Shown here one piece after another: positions 1-8,730 of a stretch of DNA of 32,000 nucleotides (positions are counted from its first letter, which is position 1; every line of letters begins with the position of its first letter). The translations under genes were made by a program, and so were the position numbers. Source of the DNA: an uncultured Nitrospiraceae bacterium (lineage in GTDB: Bacteria > Nitrospirota > Nitrospiria > Nitrospirales > Nitrospiraceae); the NCBI GenBank assembly GCA_963801725.1, contig CAWDFX010000002.1, positions 1,507,231-1,539,230 of the forward strand. Reading direction: 5' to 3'. A model generated the notes under the pieces. The model was not told where the DNA came from. It made no database searches and worked only from the letters and a program-made list of their open reading frames with translations.

Positions 1-416
1 TAATAGGGATTTCCGTCTTTGCCAAAGACATGTGCGGTCAGGACTTTCTCGTTGCCGCGCAGGCAGAGCGTGAAGTCGACCATCCGTTGTCCCATCTCAG
101 ACGACAGTCGTCCGCTTTGCACGGTCACCCTTCCTGTCCCAACGAGGGAACCGTGGGCTGTCGCTCCCCCGAAACTGTAGGTCCCGTACGCATCGTGAGA
201 CGTGAGAACCACGACGATCCGTCCTGCGTCCTTCCCCGTTCGTGCGTTTATCACCAGCCCTTCCCATGTTCCTTCGACCATTTTGATTTCCGTAATAGGG
301 ACAGGGGATAGAGGTATTTGTTGCTGTGTTCCCAATACGGCGCAAGCCGCAAGCGAACTCACCAGCAACAAGAAAACCAGGAACAGGCCCCGGAATCGAA
401 CGAGATGGTTCCACAT
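1..416 (-). CDS. Partial CDS running off the window start: putative lipoprotein of unknown function
   Basis: Absent from the ORF track because it has no stop inside the window. The minus-strand ATG at 416..414 is preceded by GAAGGAGGG with a 4-nt spacer. I translated it by hand: MWNHLVRFRGLFLVFLLLVSSLAACAVLGTQQQIPLSPVPITEIKMVEGTWEGLV... The frame stays open to position 1 and contains a signal peptide plus lipobox (L-A-A-C). Confidence 0.55.
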   Translation of the reverse strand, partial: MWNHLVRFRGLFLVFLLLVSSLAACAVLGTQQQIPLSPVPITEIKMVEGTWEGLVINARTGKDAGRIVVVLTSHDAYGTYSFGGATAHGSLVGTGRVTVQSGRLSSEMGQRMVDFTLCLRGNEKVLTAHVFGKDGNPY

Positions 417-562
417 ACAACCCTCCTTCAGTATCCTAGACGTACGGACCATTGAATTTCCACCCTGCCGCGATAGTTTTTTCGTAACCGCCAGAGTCCC
501 TGTTTGCTTTCCCATGTTTTCTTGCCACGTTGTGGAGGTCGGGCTACACTTTCCCCACACCT

Positions 563-1964
563 ATGGCACGGGCAAAAACATCAGAGCAGCTCCGCGCTCG
601 CTCCAAAGTCTCTATGATTGAAGACCTCTCCCGTGGCGCAGGAGAGCTCCGGGAATTTCTTGCACAGGTGGAAGACCTGGGCCGGGAAGGCTTTCCCTAT
701 CTCGACGCGGGCAGGGCCAGAACTGAGCTGCAATTCCGTGAATGTATTCGCCGCACATTTGGTGAGAAATCCCCGGAATTCCAAGAACATCGTCATCACA
801 AACTTCTCATGGGCAGCTCTGAGGAGACGCGGCAGAGCATCGCCCTGATTAAGTCTCTCATTGCCACACTGGAACAGAAGAAACTTGAGCTGCAAGGAGG
901 ACCGCCTCCCCAACAAGTTTCAACCACGCCGCCGACTTCACCAACGCCCAAGCCCCCACAGATGACCATCGTGCCTGCTTCGATCTCGACGGTTCAGATG
1001 ACCGTGACACAAACGGGTCCGATCACCCCCCCACCGGTGGCCATAGCCGTCCCTCTAACCACAAATCTCGACATAGCCCCAGCTACCGCCGTACCCAATC
1101 CGCCTCCGCTCTCCGTAGCCCCTTCAGATTCTTCGCGAGAGCCGGAGCCTCTGAGACCACCAGCAATTCCACCTAAACCACCGCTGGTTTCACCGGTCCG
1201 GACCGCGGCAGCGATGTTGCCTACGCCTCCCAAGCCTATGGTTCGAGTCGATCCGGAGCCCCAACAGCAGTTGTCGTCAGACGTGACACATCAGCCTGCA
1301 CAGCCAGATGTATCCCATGCCGCCATGCCACCACAGCGGCCGAGCCAGGAACCAACGCCCATCATGGATCCCAATTCCCTCCGCCGGCCCCCAGCAGCAG
1401 ATGCCAGAGGCGTCTCCCGTCCCTCCGCATGTGCTCCCGCGTTCTTCAGTGCCGGTCGGTCCCTCCACGCATCAGGAGCCCGCACCGCAATCTCTTCAGA
1501 CCGGATCGGATCCTGTCGAACTCGTGAGGGTACTGTGTCGCCGGTTTCATTCCGTCGCTCGGCAGTTGCGACTCCGTGGGGAGTATCGAGCCACGGTAAG
1601 CGTGGAAGACGAGCTTGACGTGCAGGATCTCCTGCATGCGTTGCTGCGAATCCAGTTCGACGATATCGGCACGGAGGAATGGACGCCGAGTTATGCGGAA
1701 GGAGCGTCGCGCACGACATTTTTGCTGCACGACAATCGGCTTGCGGTACTCGTCAAAAAAACGCGCAACGGTCTCACGGCCAAAGACCTCACCGAGCAGC
1801 TCCGGATCGATACCGAGCGTTATCGCACCAAGAGTCGTTGCACGTCCCTCTTGTGCTTTATTTACGACCCTGAAGGCCGCATCGGCAATCCGCGAGCCCT
1901 CGAAACCAGTCTCACCACGGTGAGTGATTCCTTGACCATCGACGTACTTGTCGCTCCGAAATGA
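563..1964 (+). CDS. Hypothetical protein with an N-terminal helical domain, a ~200-aa Pro-rich linker and a C-terminal PD-(D/E)XK-like nuclease-fold domain; the reading frame switches near 1375-1395
   Basis: ORF 530..1618 has a likely ATG at 563 (MARAKTSEQL...) and looks protein-like up to ...QEPTPIMDPNSL, after which it becomes Arg/Ser/Ala-rich off-frame-type sequence. ORF 1308..1964 takes up the Pro-rich linker in another frame (PSAGPQQQMPEASPVPPHVLP...). It ends in a globular domain (EDELDVQDLLHALLRIQFDDIGTEEWTPSY...LAVLVKKTR...LLCFIYDPEG) that I recall as a PD-(D/E)XK-type family. The frame switch lies at C-runs (C5 at 1388-1392). Confidence 0.45.
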
Positions 1965-2128
1965 GGCCAAACATGAAAAAGTCTAAACCTGCCGTCGCGG
2001 CGTTCCCTGTATCGTCTGAGGGCTCACTTGCATTGACACAGGAGACAGGCATCCGCTACGTTGGCGAGGATCCCGCTATTTCTGCGGTGCCTTGTACGAT
2101 TCACGCTCCAGTCGATGGCGGGAGAATC

Positions 2129-2383
2129 ATGTCGGATCGGGCCTACGTGCTCATCAATGTACAGCCGGGACGCACGAGCGATGTGGTTCGGGCTCTGTCC
2201 GGAATCAAGCAGATCAAGACGATCGACCCTTGCTGGGGCAAACCGGATATTATTGTCGTAGTAGAAGTGTCGGACCAGGACGCCCTGACCCAGTTGGTGC
2301 TGAGCCGGATACATGAGATCGACGGTGTCTTACAGACCGACACCCATCTCGTCTATCGATTGAAGGCCAGTAAAGCAAAGTGA
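2129..2383 (+). CDS. Small stand-alone Lrp/AsnC ligand-binding-domain protein (about 84 aa)
   Basis: The C-terminal 84 aa of ORF 1961..2383 (MSDRAYVLINVQPGRTSDVVRALSGIKQIKTIDPCWGKPDIIVVVEVSDQDALTQLVLSRIHEIDGVLQTDTHLVY) resemble the AsnC-type effector domain. The internal ATG at 2129 has GGAGA 3 nt upstream. The longer N-terminal extension looks non-coding. Confidence 0.6.
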   Translation: MSDRAYVLINVQPGRTSDVVRALSGIKQIKTIDPCWGKPDIIVVVEVSDQDALTQLVLSRIHEIDGVLQTDTHLVYRLKASKAK

Positions 2384-2473
2384 TCCGCACGCTTCGCGTG
2401 CTCAGCGCCGAGAATCATCGCGATTAACCAAGGACGCGCTCCGACTCCGCCGGCCCTGTCTCCTCCGCTACGA

Positions 2474-3871
2474 TCACTCTCCGCTGTCGGCATCATCGCC
2501 AAGATCCAATCCAAACCGGTCTGCCATCCGATACAGCGTACGCCGATCGATGCCGAGAATCTTTGCGGCTTTGACTTTATTTCCCTTGGTTTCCTTCAGC
2601 ACGCGGACGAGATGACGCTTCTCGACTTCCTCAAGCGACAAAGACCCTTCATCGATATGGCCGACCGCCCCCGCGGTTTCCTTCGCCGGTAACTCCGTCA
2701 GACGCAGCGACGCCGGCAGATCGTCTGGCGTGAGGAGGGGACCGTGACTCAATGAGACAGCCCGCTCAATGGCATTTTCCAGCTCTCGCACATTGCCGGG
2801 CCACCGGTATTGCATCAACAGCGCCATGGTCTCAGGGAGAATCCCGCGTACCGCGTGCGCCGCCCCCGCTGCGCATTTCTGCAAGAAGTGATGCACCAGC
2901 ATCGGAATATCTTCCCGCCGTTCTATCAGAGACGGCAAGGTGATACGCACGACATTGAGCCGATAAAATAAGTCGTCCCGATACTTCCCTTCCTTGACGA
3001 GCTGTTCGAGATCTCGATTGGTCGCGGCGATGATGCGGACATCGACCTTCGTCGATGTCGTGCTGCCGACACGGCGGACTTCGTGATCCTGCATGACCCG
3101 CAATAATTTCACTTGCACGGCCTGGCCCATCTCACCGATTTCGTCGAGAAACAGCGTGCCCCCGTTTGCGGATTCAAACAGACCGGCTTTATTTCCCACT
3201 GCGCCGGTAAAGGCCCCCTTTTCATATCCGAACATTTCAGATTCCAGGAGGGTGTCCGGCAGTGCTCCGCAATTCACCGGAATGAACGGCTTGTCCCGAC
3301 GAGGCCCATTCACATGGATCGCCCGCGCGATCAGCTCCTTGCCGGTCCCGCTTTCTCCTTGCAGGAGCACAGTGCTCTTGCTCCCGGTCACCCGCGCCAC
3401 CAGCTTATACACTTCCAACATCGCGGGACTGCTTCCCACCAGCGGAGACCATTCCTCTTTGCTCTTCAGCTCTTCACGATATCGGGCATTCTCTCGGATG
3501 AGTCGGCAGTGATCGAGACTCCGCTTGACCACCAGCGTGATATCTTCCTTCTTAAACGGCTTGGCGAGATAATCGTAGGCTCCTTGCTTGATCGCTTCGA
3601 TCGCACCTTCCAGGGACCCGAATGAGGTCAGCACCACGACCGCGGTGTCAGGGCTCATACGTTTAAATTCACGCAAGACCGTGAGCCCATCGACCGCGCC
3701 CATGCGAATATCCGTCAGCACCAGATCCACTCGTCCCTGACGTCCACGAGCGATAATCTCTTCTCCGCTGGCGAAGGCTTCAACGGTATAGCCCTCCTTT
3801 TTTAAGGCCTCAGCCAAAAGGTCGCGCGCGACCGCGTCGTCATCGGCTACGAGAATACTAGCTGGTTGCAT
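2474..3871 (-). CDS. Sigma54-dependent response regulator (NtrC family: REC + AAA+ + Fis-type HTH)
   Basis: REC domain motifs (ILVADDD, LVLTDIRM), Walker A GESGTGKE, the sigma54-contact loop GAFTGA, and a C-terminal HTH (KAAKILGIDRRTLYRM). Confidence 0.95.
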   Translation of the reverse strand: MQPASILVADDDAVARDLLAEALKKEGYTVEAFASGEEIIARGRQGRVDLVLTDIRMGAVDGLTVLREFKRMSPDTAVVVLTSFGSLEGAIEAIKQGAYDYLAKPFKKEDITLVVKRSLDHCRLIRENARYREELKSKEEWSPLVGSSPAMLEVYKLVARVTGSKSTVLLQGESGTGKELIARAIHVNGPRRDKPFIPVNCGALPDTLLESEMFGYEKGAFTGAVGNKAGLFESANGGTLFLDEIGEMGQAVQVKLLRVMQDHEVRRVGSTTSTKVDVRIIAATNRDLEQLVKEGKYRDDLFYRLNVVRITLPSLIERREDIPMLVHHFLQKCAAGAAHAVRGILPETMALLMQYRWPGNVRELENAIERAVSLSHGPLLTPDDLPASLRLTELPAKETAGAVGHIDEGSLSLEEVEKRHLVRVLKETKGNKVKAAKILGIDRRTLYRMADRFGLDLGDDADSGE

Positions 3872-5132
3872 CAGTGCTATCCTGTGTTGCGTGCGTCGGC
3901 TCGCGCTTCAATCCAGGTAAGGTGACGGTCACGGTTGTGCCCTGTCCAGCTTCGCTCTCGAGCACAAGACTGCCTCCATGGGCTAGGACCGTTTCGCGGC
4001 TCAAGAATAGCCCTAACCCGGTGCCCTTGCCAACCGCCTTCGTTGTAAAAAACGGTTCAAAGGCTTTCTGCACATCGGCCTCTGGCATGCCGCATCCTGT
4101 ATCCCGCACCGCGACTGTGACGACCAGCGGTGACATCGCGTCAGCCGTCAAGCGGCCACGGTCGAGTTCTTCGGACGATGCCGCATGGGCTCCTACTGAT
4201 ACGCTCACCGTTCCCTGCGCCGGAGTCGCGGCTAAAGCATTGGCGAATACGTTGACCAGTACTTGATGCATCTTTTCCGCATCGGCCCAGATGAGCGGGA
4301 GATTGTCGGGAATCTCAACCGTCAGGGCGATCTCTTTCGCATGGAAGGCCGGTTCCATGAGTATGGTCGCTGGGCTGATCACCATTTCTACGGGCAACCA
4401 TGTCGGTTCCGGCTGGCGCTGTCTGGTTGAGGACAGCAAATCCTGAATGATCCGAACCACCCGTGTGAGCTGCTCATCGATCACGGTCACCCGCTTTTTC
4501 ATCTCGGGCGTGACGCCAGGCTCTTCAGCCAGCGCCTGCACATGCCAGGCAATAGAGTGCAGCGGCGTTCCGATCTCATGCGCGACGGACGCCACCAGTT
4601 GCCCCACCGCAGCCAAGCGTTCCGAACGATTCAGCTGGTCTTTGGCATCGACCAGTTGCGTATTGGCCTTCAGGAGATTTTCCGTCTCCCGGGCGAGAGC
4701 GGCACGCGCCGCCGCCTCTCTCGTCTTGCGCTCTTCCCACGTCATGCCGATATAGGCCACAATCAGAAGTATTCCTGCCACCACACTGCGATTGATCACC
4801 GCCGACTGCAATCGCCCCGGCTTGGTCGGTTGCATGAGCCCCATATAGGTCGCCACGATGCAGGCCAAGACCGTCGCAATCATCAGGCTGCGGCTGCGCA
4901 CGGTTGCGACCAATAGAATCGGCAACACAAACCCATATGCGGCGACCACGTTCGCCGGGGCGGCCATTTCAAGCGCGACGATCGCCAGGAACACCGCCCC
5001 TGCGACCGCCAACACGATGCGATTTTGCTTCAACATGGAAATGGGAGATACATAGACTGCCGATGAACCATGGTACGGTTGCTTAGAGAGCTGAGAAAAA
5101 TAGGTATTGTGCCACAGTTGCCGGATGCTCAA
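3858..5132 (-). CDS. Membrane sensor histidine kinase, partner of the downstream NtrC-type regulator
   Basis: Several N-terminal TM helices, H-box VASVAHEIGTPLHSI, and HATPase_c motifs (DTGCGMP, GKGTGLGL). It overlaps the regulator gene by 14 nt. The ORF opens at TTG 5132; ATG 5036 (MLKQNRIVLAV...) is an alternative start. Confidence 0.9.
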   Translation of the reverse strand: MSIRQLWHNTYFSQLSKQPYHGSSAVYVSPISMLKQNRIVLAVAGAVFLAIVALEMAAPANVVAAYGFVLPILLVATVRSRSLMIATVLACIVATYMGLMQPTKPGRLQSAVINRSVVAGILLIVAYIGMTWEERKTREAAARAALARETENLLKANTQLVDAKDQLNRSERLAAVGQLVASVAHEIGTPLHSIAWHVQALAEEPGVTPEMKKRVTVIDEQLTRVVRIIQDLLSSTRQRQPEPTWLPVEMVISPATILMEPAFHAKEIALTVEIPDNLPLIWADAEKMHQVLVNVFANALAATPAQGTVSVSVGAHAASSEELDRGRLTADAMSPLVVTVAVRDTGCGMPEADVQKAFEPFFTTKAVGKGTGLGLFLSRETVLAHGGSLVLESEAGQGTTVTVTLPGLKREPTHATQDSTDATS

Positions 5133-5245
5133 AAAGGCCGTTCAGCGAGGCCGCAGGCGAATCGAAACCAGAGGCGTACCCTCAGGGGTACGTTGAGGAT
5201 TTCGATGAGTCGAGAACGAAGCTGGCGGCCTTTTTCAGCATCCGG
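5121..5245. repeat. About 125-bp structured intergenic element: 20-bp terminal inverted repeats enclosing nested hairpins; probable terminator for malQ
   Basis: 5121-5140 ccggatgctcaaaaaggccg pairs with 5226-5245 cggcctttttcagcatccgg (19/20 complementary). There are inner pairs atcgaaa/tttcgat and a central hairpin cgtaccc-tcag-gggtacg (about 5175-5192). On the minus strand the outer stem ends in a T5 run just downstream of the malQ stop. Confidence 0.4.
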
Positions 5246-5256
5246 ATAAAGGGTCT

Positions 5257-7536
5257 TTACTCTAGCGGACGGGTGGAACGCAAGACAGCTCCAAGCTGCC
5301 GGAGTCGTTCATCACAGAACATCTCATCCACACGAACTGCATACTTACGGGTCCAGTTCGGATGGCTGTCGATTGTCCCAGGAAGATTGGTTTGCGAAAG
5401 TTCTCCCAAGCCGTCTTCAAGATTTGCCAGCACGATACAGGACGGCGTGCGAGCCAGGTAGAGATGAATCGCTTGGCAGAGTTCCGTCGTCATGGCGGGG
5501 ATGGTGGCCAGGTCTTCAGTCACGCCGGTCGGCAGGAGGTTTTCTCTCTTAAGAGCACTCAGGATGTTTACCTTGTCGCGATGTCGCTCCTCCCAGGCCC
5601 GATGGCGCGCTGCGTCATCGGGAAAGGCGCCCAATCCTGACCGTACATGCAAGTCCTCGCCGGACCAAAATCCAGCGAGGGTGGGTAAGTCGTGCGTCGT
5701 GGCCACAGCCAAGGATCGCACAGGGTAGTCGCCAGGCGGCTTCATGGCGCCGTCGGCGCCACGCTCGAAGTAGAATACTCGATAGGACAGCACTCTCGCC
5801 TGCGCCAACTGCTCCCTGATCCAATCGGGGACCGTGCCGAGGTCTTCTCCTATTACCAAGGTTTTAGACCGGGTACTCTCCAGCGCCACGATCGCCAATA
5901 AGTCTTCGAAAGGGTATCGCACATACGTGCCCTCGGACGCGGGTCTTCCACGCGGAATCCAAAAGAGACGGAAGAATGCCATGACATGATCCAGTCGGAT
6001 GGCCCCGCCGGATCGGAAATTATTACGCAAGAGTTGGATCATCAATTCATAGCCGCTGGCGCGCAACGCGTGAGGGTTGATCGGAGGCAAGCCCCAATTC
6101 TGTCCCTCCGGCGCAAACGCGTCGGGCGGGGCGCCGGAGTCGGCTCCGAGCGCCAGTATCGATTGATAGATCCAGGCCTCGGCCCCATTCCGATCGGCGC
6201 CAAGAGCCACGTCGTGATACAGCCCGATCGGCATGGCCAGGCGTTCGGCCGCCCGTCGGATCTCGTTCAGTTGTCCGCTCGCCACCCACTGAACGTATTG
6301 AAAGAAGCGAACGCGCTTCGAGTGTCGTTTCGCATATTCACGAACCGGTTGGCCGGGCGTCAGAAATTGTTTGGGCCAATCGTGCCAGGTGGCGGACTTG
6401 GATTGAATCAGCCAGCGTTCCTCCTCCAATGTCTGGAAGGTGGCATACACCTCGAGCAGGGAGCCTTCAGCCTGGATAAACCGTTCGAAGAGCCAGGCGC
6501 GCGCCGTCTTCGGTTGGAGATTCGGCTCCTCTCCGCTGTAGGCTTCTGCGAGGAATGTGCGGTAGGTCAAATCGAGCATGGCGCGCTTGGCGGTTGCAAT
6601 GGCATCATAGTCCACCTGCGGGCTTACTCGCAGCGCCTGGAGCTTGGCTTGAAATTCTGGGGCATGAAACAGGTGCTGCGCCTTCTCCGACGAATGAAAC
6701 TCCGGCAGCCGCTCGAGATCGATATAGAGTTCATTGAGATACAGTCGGTTGTACGGCGCATAGGGGCTGATGTGATACGGCGCGGTATTCCGCAGTGCGT
6801 GCAGCGGATTGAGCCCGATGACTCCGGCGCCGAGTTCCTTCCCGGCCCACTCCACAATCCGGCCGAGATCGGTAAAGTCGCCGCATCCCCAATTACGATT
6901 GGAGGACAACGAATAGAGCTGCAACGCCAATCCCCACAGCCGTTGGTGTGCCTCGAGCGACGGCGGGGCATAGCACTGACGTGGCGCCACGATGACACGC
7001 ATCGACCCCACACTCCCCCCAACCAAGCCCTTGGCCTGTACGGTCAAATTGTAGTACCCGAGCGAGAGACCCTGCGGAGCCGGGATTTCGATACGCACAT
7101 GCCGTTGACCCTTGAGAAATCGAACCTCTGCAGCAGAGAGCCCAGGTCCTGCCTGCCCCTCCTGCGCCACGGCGTTCGCCTCGTCGTGGATCTGCCACTC
7201 CATTTCGACGGACTTTTCTTGTCCCTCATCGAGCCTCAGGTAACAGGACAGGGGCGCTCCTGTTTCACCGTCACACAGAACTCGCACGGGGTCGCAAGGG
7301 CGTAGCCACGGCGCCTCCTCCCATTCTTGCAGTGCCTGTGTCAGTGATGCGGCCGAATCGGCTGCAAAGCCCATGGCAGTCAAAATGGCGCGTCGGGTGT
7401 CGTCGGAAGTGAGATGAATAGTACCTGCGATATCGTAATAGTCAGCCGCGATACCGGCACGTTCAGCGAGTTCGGCAAGAAGAGTGTGCTCCGTCTGGTC
7501 CTGCATGAAGGCAGTCTGCGTGAAGCCCGCTGGCAT
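5257..7536 (-). CDS. malQ: 4-alpha-glucanotransferase (amylomaltase, GH77) with a long N-terminal domain
   Basis: GH77 signature stretches: WGCGDFTDL, GLNPLHAL, IRLDHVMAFFRLFWIP, VIGEDLGTVPDWI, ATTHDLPTLAGFW. 759 aa. Confidence 0.9.
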   Translation of the reverse strand: MPAGFTQTAFMQDQTEHTLLAELAERAGIAADYYDIAGTIHLTSDDTRRAILTAMGFAADSAASLTQALQEWEEAPWLRPCDPVRVLCDGETGAPLSCYLRLDEGQEKSVEMEWQIHDEANAVAQEGQAGPGLSAAEVRFLKGQRHVRIEIPAPQGLSLGYYNLTVQAKGLVGGSVGSMRVIVAPRQCYAPPSLEAHQRLWGLALQLYSLSSNRNWGCGDFTDLGRIVEWAGKELGAGVIGLNPLHALRNTAPYHISPYAPYNRLYLNELYIDLERLPEFHSSEKAQHLFHAPEFQAKLQALRVSPQVDYDAIATAKRAMLDLTYRTFLAEAYSGEEPNLQPKTARAWLFERFIQAEGSLLEVYATFQTLEEERWLIQSKSATWHDWPKQFLTPGQPVREYAKRHSKRVRFFQYVQWVASGQLNEIRRAAERLAMPIGLYHDVALGADRNGAEAWIYQSILALGADSGAPPDAFAPEGQNWGLPPINPHALRASGYELMIQLLRNNFRSGGAIRLDHVMAFFRLFWIPRGRPASEGTYVRYPFEDLLAIVALESTRSKTLVIGEDLGTVPDWIREQLAQARVLSYRVFYFERGADGAMKPPGDYPVRSLAVATTHDLPTLAGFWSGEDLHVRSGLGAFPDDAARHRAWEERHRDKVNILSALKRENLLPTGVTEDLATIPAMTTELCQAIHLYLARTPSCIVLANLEDGLGELSQTNLPGTIDSHPNWTRKYAVRVDEMFCDERLRQLGAVLRSTRPLE

Positions 7537-7588
7537 GTCAAGCTATCCTATTGTTCTTAAAGATGAATTCTGTATAATTCCCTTACTC

Positions 7589-8476
7589 ATGTTCACCGAC
7601 CTTCGCGACGTTCGATTTGGCACGAGCTCCTGGGCCTATGAAGGCTGGCAGGGGTTGGTTTACCACCGGACCTATCCGAAGAACCGATTCAGCCAAGACA
7701 CGCTGACAGAATACGTTACCTACGAGAAAGCCGGCATTCCGCTATTTCGCACCGTCGGTATCGACCATTCCTTCTATCGCCCGGCAAGCACCACGCAACT
7801 CGCGCACTATGCGAGTCAAGTCCCAGAAGATTTCCGCTTCTGTTCCAAGGTCTGGGAAGACATCACTATCCCGGCTTATGCACATCTTCCCCGCTATGGA
7901 GCCAAAGCAGGAAAACCCAACCCACGATTTCTTGATACCGGCGCGTTTCGGGACTTGGTCTGGGCGCCGGCACAAGAGAGCTTGGGATCGAAACTTGGTC
8001 CATTCATTTTTGAATTTCAGCGCTGGGGCATGGAGCCTGCCGCCTTTCTTGGCGCGTTGGATCGATTTCTCGGCACATTGCCGCCCGGACCACAGTACGC
8101 AACAGAAGTCCGCAATCCCGCGATTCTTGGATCGCGTTACCTGAACATCCTTCGCACACACCACGTCTCCCACGTGTACAATCATTGGACGGCCATGCCG
8201 CCACTTTCCGAGCAACATCGCCTGCTCGAACAGGCATTTACTGCCCCCCATGTCGTAATCCGGCTCCTCACGCCGCTGGGGCTCGCCCATGAGAAAGCGG
8301 TCGAACGATACGCACCCTACAATCGGATCATTGCCGCACAACCTCGCATGAGACAAGACACGACGGCGTTGGTCCAGCAGGCTGTGACTCAGGGAAAAAG
8401 CGCGTACGTGCTCGTGAATAATCGAGCCGAGGGCTGTTCCCCGCTGACGATCCAAGCCTTGGTGGCTGGACTCTAG
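7589..8476 (+). CDS. DUF72 (UPF0759) family protein
   Basis: The N-terminal motif FGTSSWAYEGWQGLVY is typical of DUF72. The likely start is ATG 7589 (MFTDLRDVRFGTSSW), since the longer ORF start at 7484 overlaps malQ. Confidence 0.75.
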   Translation: MFTDLRDVRFGTSSWAYEGWQGLVYHRTYPKNRFSQDTLTEYVTYEKAGIPLFRTVGIDHSFYRPASTTQLAHYASQVPEDFRFCSKVWEDITIPAYAHLPRYGAKAGKPNPRFLDTGAFRDLVWAPAQESLGSKLGPFIFEFQRWGMEPAAFLGALDRFLGTLPPGPQYATEVRNPAILGSRYLNILRTHHVSHVYNHWTAMPPLSEQHRLLEQAFTAPHVVIRLLTPLGLAHEKAVERYAPYNRIIAAQPRMRQDTTALVQQAVTQGKSAYVLVNNRAEGCSPLTIQALVAGL

Positions 8477-8730
8477 CCGCTGTGGGAAAACCATGCCGGC
8501 CAGCGAAATTTCAATGAGCTTAAACAGACTGAATACGGACGCACCTGGTTGATCCACCGACTTTCGTGACCTCATACGTTGGCGCCGCGTGGCAGGCGGG
8601 CTGCTTGTGTGGGTTCATTGACTCCCTCATTTCATTTTGTTAGCCTCAAATCCCACCGCGATGCTGCCGATAGAGAAGGCGAGAAGATTCCAGCAGCATT
8701 ATTTGTATCCAAATCCCGAAGGGAGTTCCG

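Noticed and set aside
1961-2128. N-terminal 56 codons of ORF 1961..2383
   Set aside because: The conserved AsnC-type domain begins at the internal ATG 2129, which has its own GGAGA RBS. The upstream part overlaps the preceding gene's stop region and is not domain-like.
5986-7305. 439-aa plus-strand ORF
   Set aside because: It lies entirely antisense to the well-supported GH77 malQ CDS. Its Arg/Gly/Leu-rich composition is typical of the mirror frame of a GC-rich gene, and it has no recognisable motifs.
7742-8575. 277-aa minus-strand ORF
   Set aside because: It is antisense to the DUF72 gene, and there is no supporting RBS or motif.
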